Positions 39,694 through 40,000 of a DNA stretch of 40,000 bases are shown one piece after another. Numbering within the stretch: position 1 is the first letter of the stretch; each line of letters begins with the position of its first letter. The stretch lies in the NCBI GenBank assembly GCA_963772445.1, contig CAVYXK010000001.1, positions 977,721-1,017,720 of the forward strand, read 5' to 3'. The notes below the pieces were generated by a model that did not search any database, had not been told where the DNA came from, and saw only the letters and a list, made by a program, of their open reading frames with translations. Both the position numbers and the translations under genes were made by a program. Source of the stretch: an uncultured Pseudomonadota bacterium. GTDB lineage: Bacteria; Pseudomonadota; Alphaproteobacteria; Acetobacterales; Acetobacteraceae.

Positions 39694-40000
39694 TATGGAT
39701 GTCATGGAGGCGATCTATCATCGGCGAGCGGTCCGTCGCTTTACCGCAGCGCCCGTGAACGCGGAGGCATTGCGGAGCCTGATCGAAGCAGCCATCCAGG
39801 CCAAGCGCGATCAACTTGCAACCATGGCGATTCGTCGTCGTGCATCGGCGCGAGACGTTGCAACGAATTGCCGGGGCCGCGAGGGACCACCTGTTGTCAT
39901 CCATGCAGCCGGGATCACCATTCCAGCGCTTTCGCAGCATGCTGGAGGATGCCGCTTGCGATATTCTGCACGGCGCACCCGCGCTGGTGGTGATCTGCGC
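39694..40000 (+). pseudogene. nitroreductase-family protein (3' end outside window), frameshift near 39800
   Basis: 'MDVMEAIYHRRAVRRFTAAPVNAEALRSLIEAAIQA', then in another frame 'SAINLQPWRFVVVHRRETLQRIAGAARDHLL...APALVVIC'. A GGGAG sequence lies upstream of the ATG. Confidence 0.55.

Noticed and set aside
1-40000. Looked for a CRISPR repeat-spacer array, cas2 or other cas genes to go with the Cas1-like gene
   Set aside because: No regularly spaced direct repeats of 25-40 bp were seen on either strand, and no Cas2-like or Cas4-like ORF. The Cas1 is therefore treated as solo (casposase-like). Arrays outside the window cannot be excluded.

Overview
High-GC chromosomal segment that looks alphaproteobacterial (Bradyrhizobium/Rhodopseudomonas-like gene content; this is inference). 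It has three parts. (1) Positions 1-4105 and 19171-32600 hold a low-oxygen/stress-type cluster with FixK/FNR-type boxes. It encodes a phosphoribosyltransferase, Prs, class II ribonucleotide reductase, a Lon fragment, a Usp-like protein, an M50-CBS protease, cytochrome c, a CBS-BON protein, a PhaC fragment, an acyl-CoA synthetase, a 2-oxoacid dehydrogenase E1alpha/E1beta/E2 operon, ACP-like, BON, Mth938-like, Fpg/Nei and MgtC-DUF4010 proteins. Many of these genes carry frameshifts or in-frame TAG codons. (2) Positions 4106-19170 are a 15,065-bp insertion that splits the Usp-like ORF. It is bounded by hand-verified 189-bp perfect terminal inverted repeats and a 13-14-bp direct target duplication. 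It encodes a Cas1-family integrase and a family B DNA polymerase, and there is no CRISPR array in the window. This is the architecture of a casposon (self-synthesising transposon). It also carries HTH genes, unknown genes, a radical-SAM/methyltransferase module and a decayed GmrSD-like type IV restriction gene. This is the main finding. (3) Positions 33339-39383 are an IS graveyard. One IS630-family element is split by an IS110-family element that has a CT core at both junctions and a candidate bridge/seek RNA region. It abuts a second IS630-family element that is split by a 2,057-bp DDE element with a CTAG duplication. An ~800-nt ORF-poor, structured-RNA-like stretch (19788-20590) may be a truncated, ORF-less group II intron. 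All calls come from reading the sequence and ORF translations; no database search was possible.
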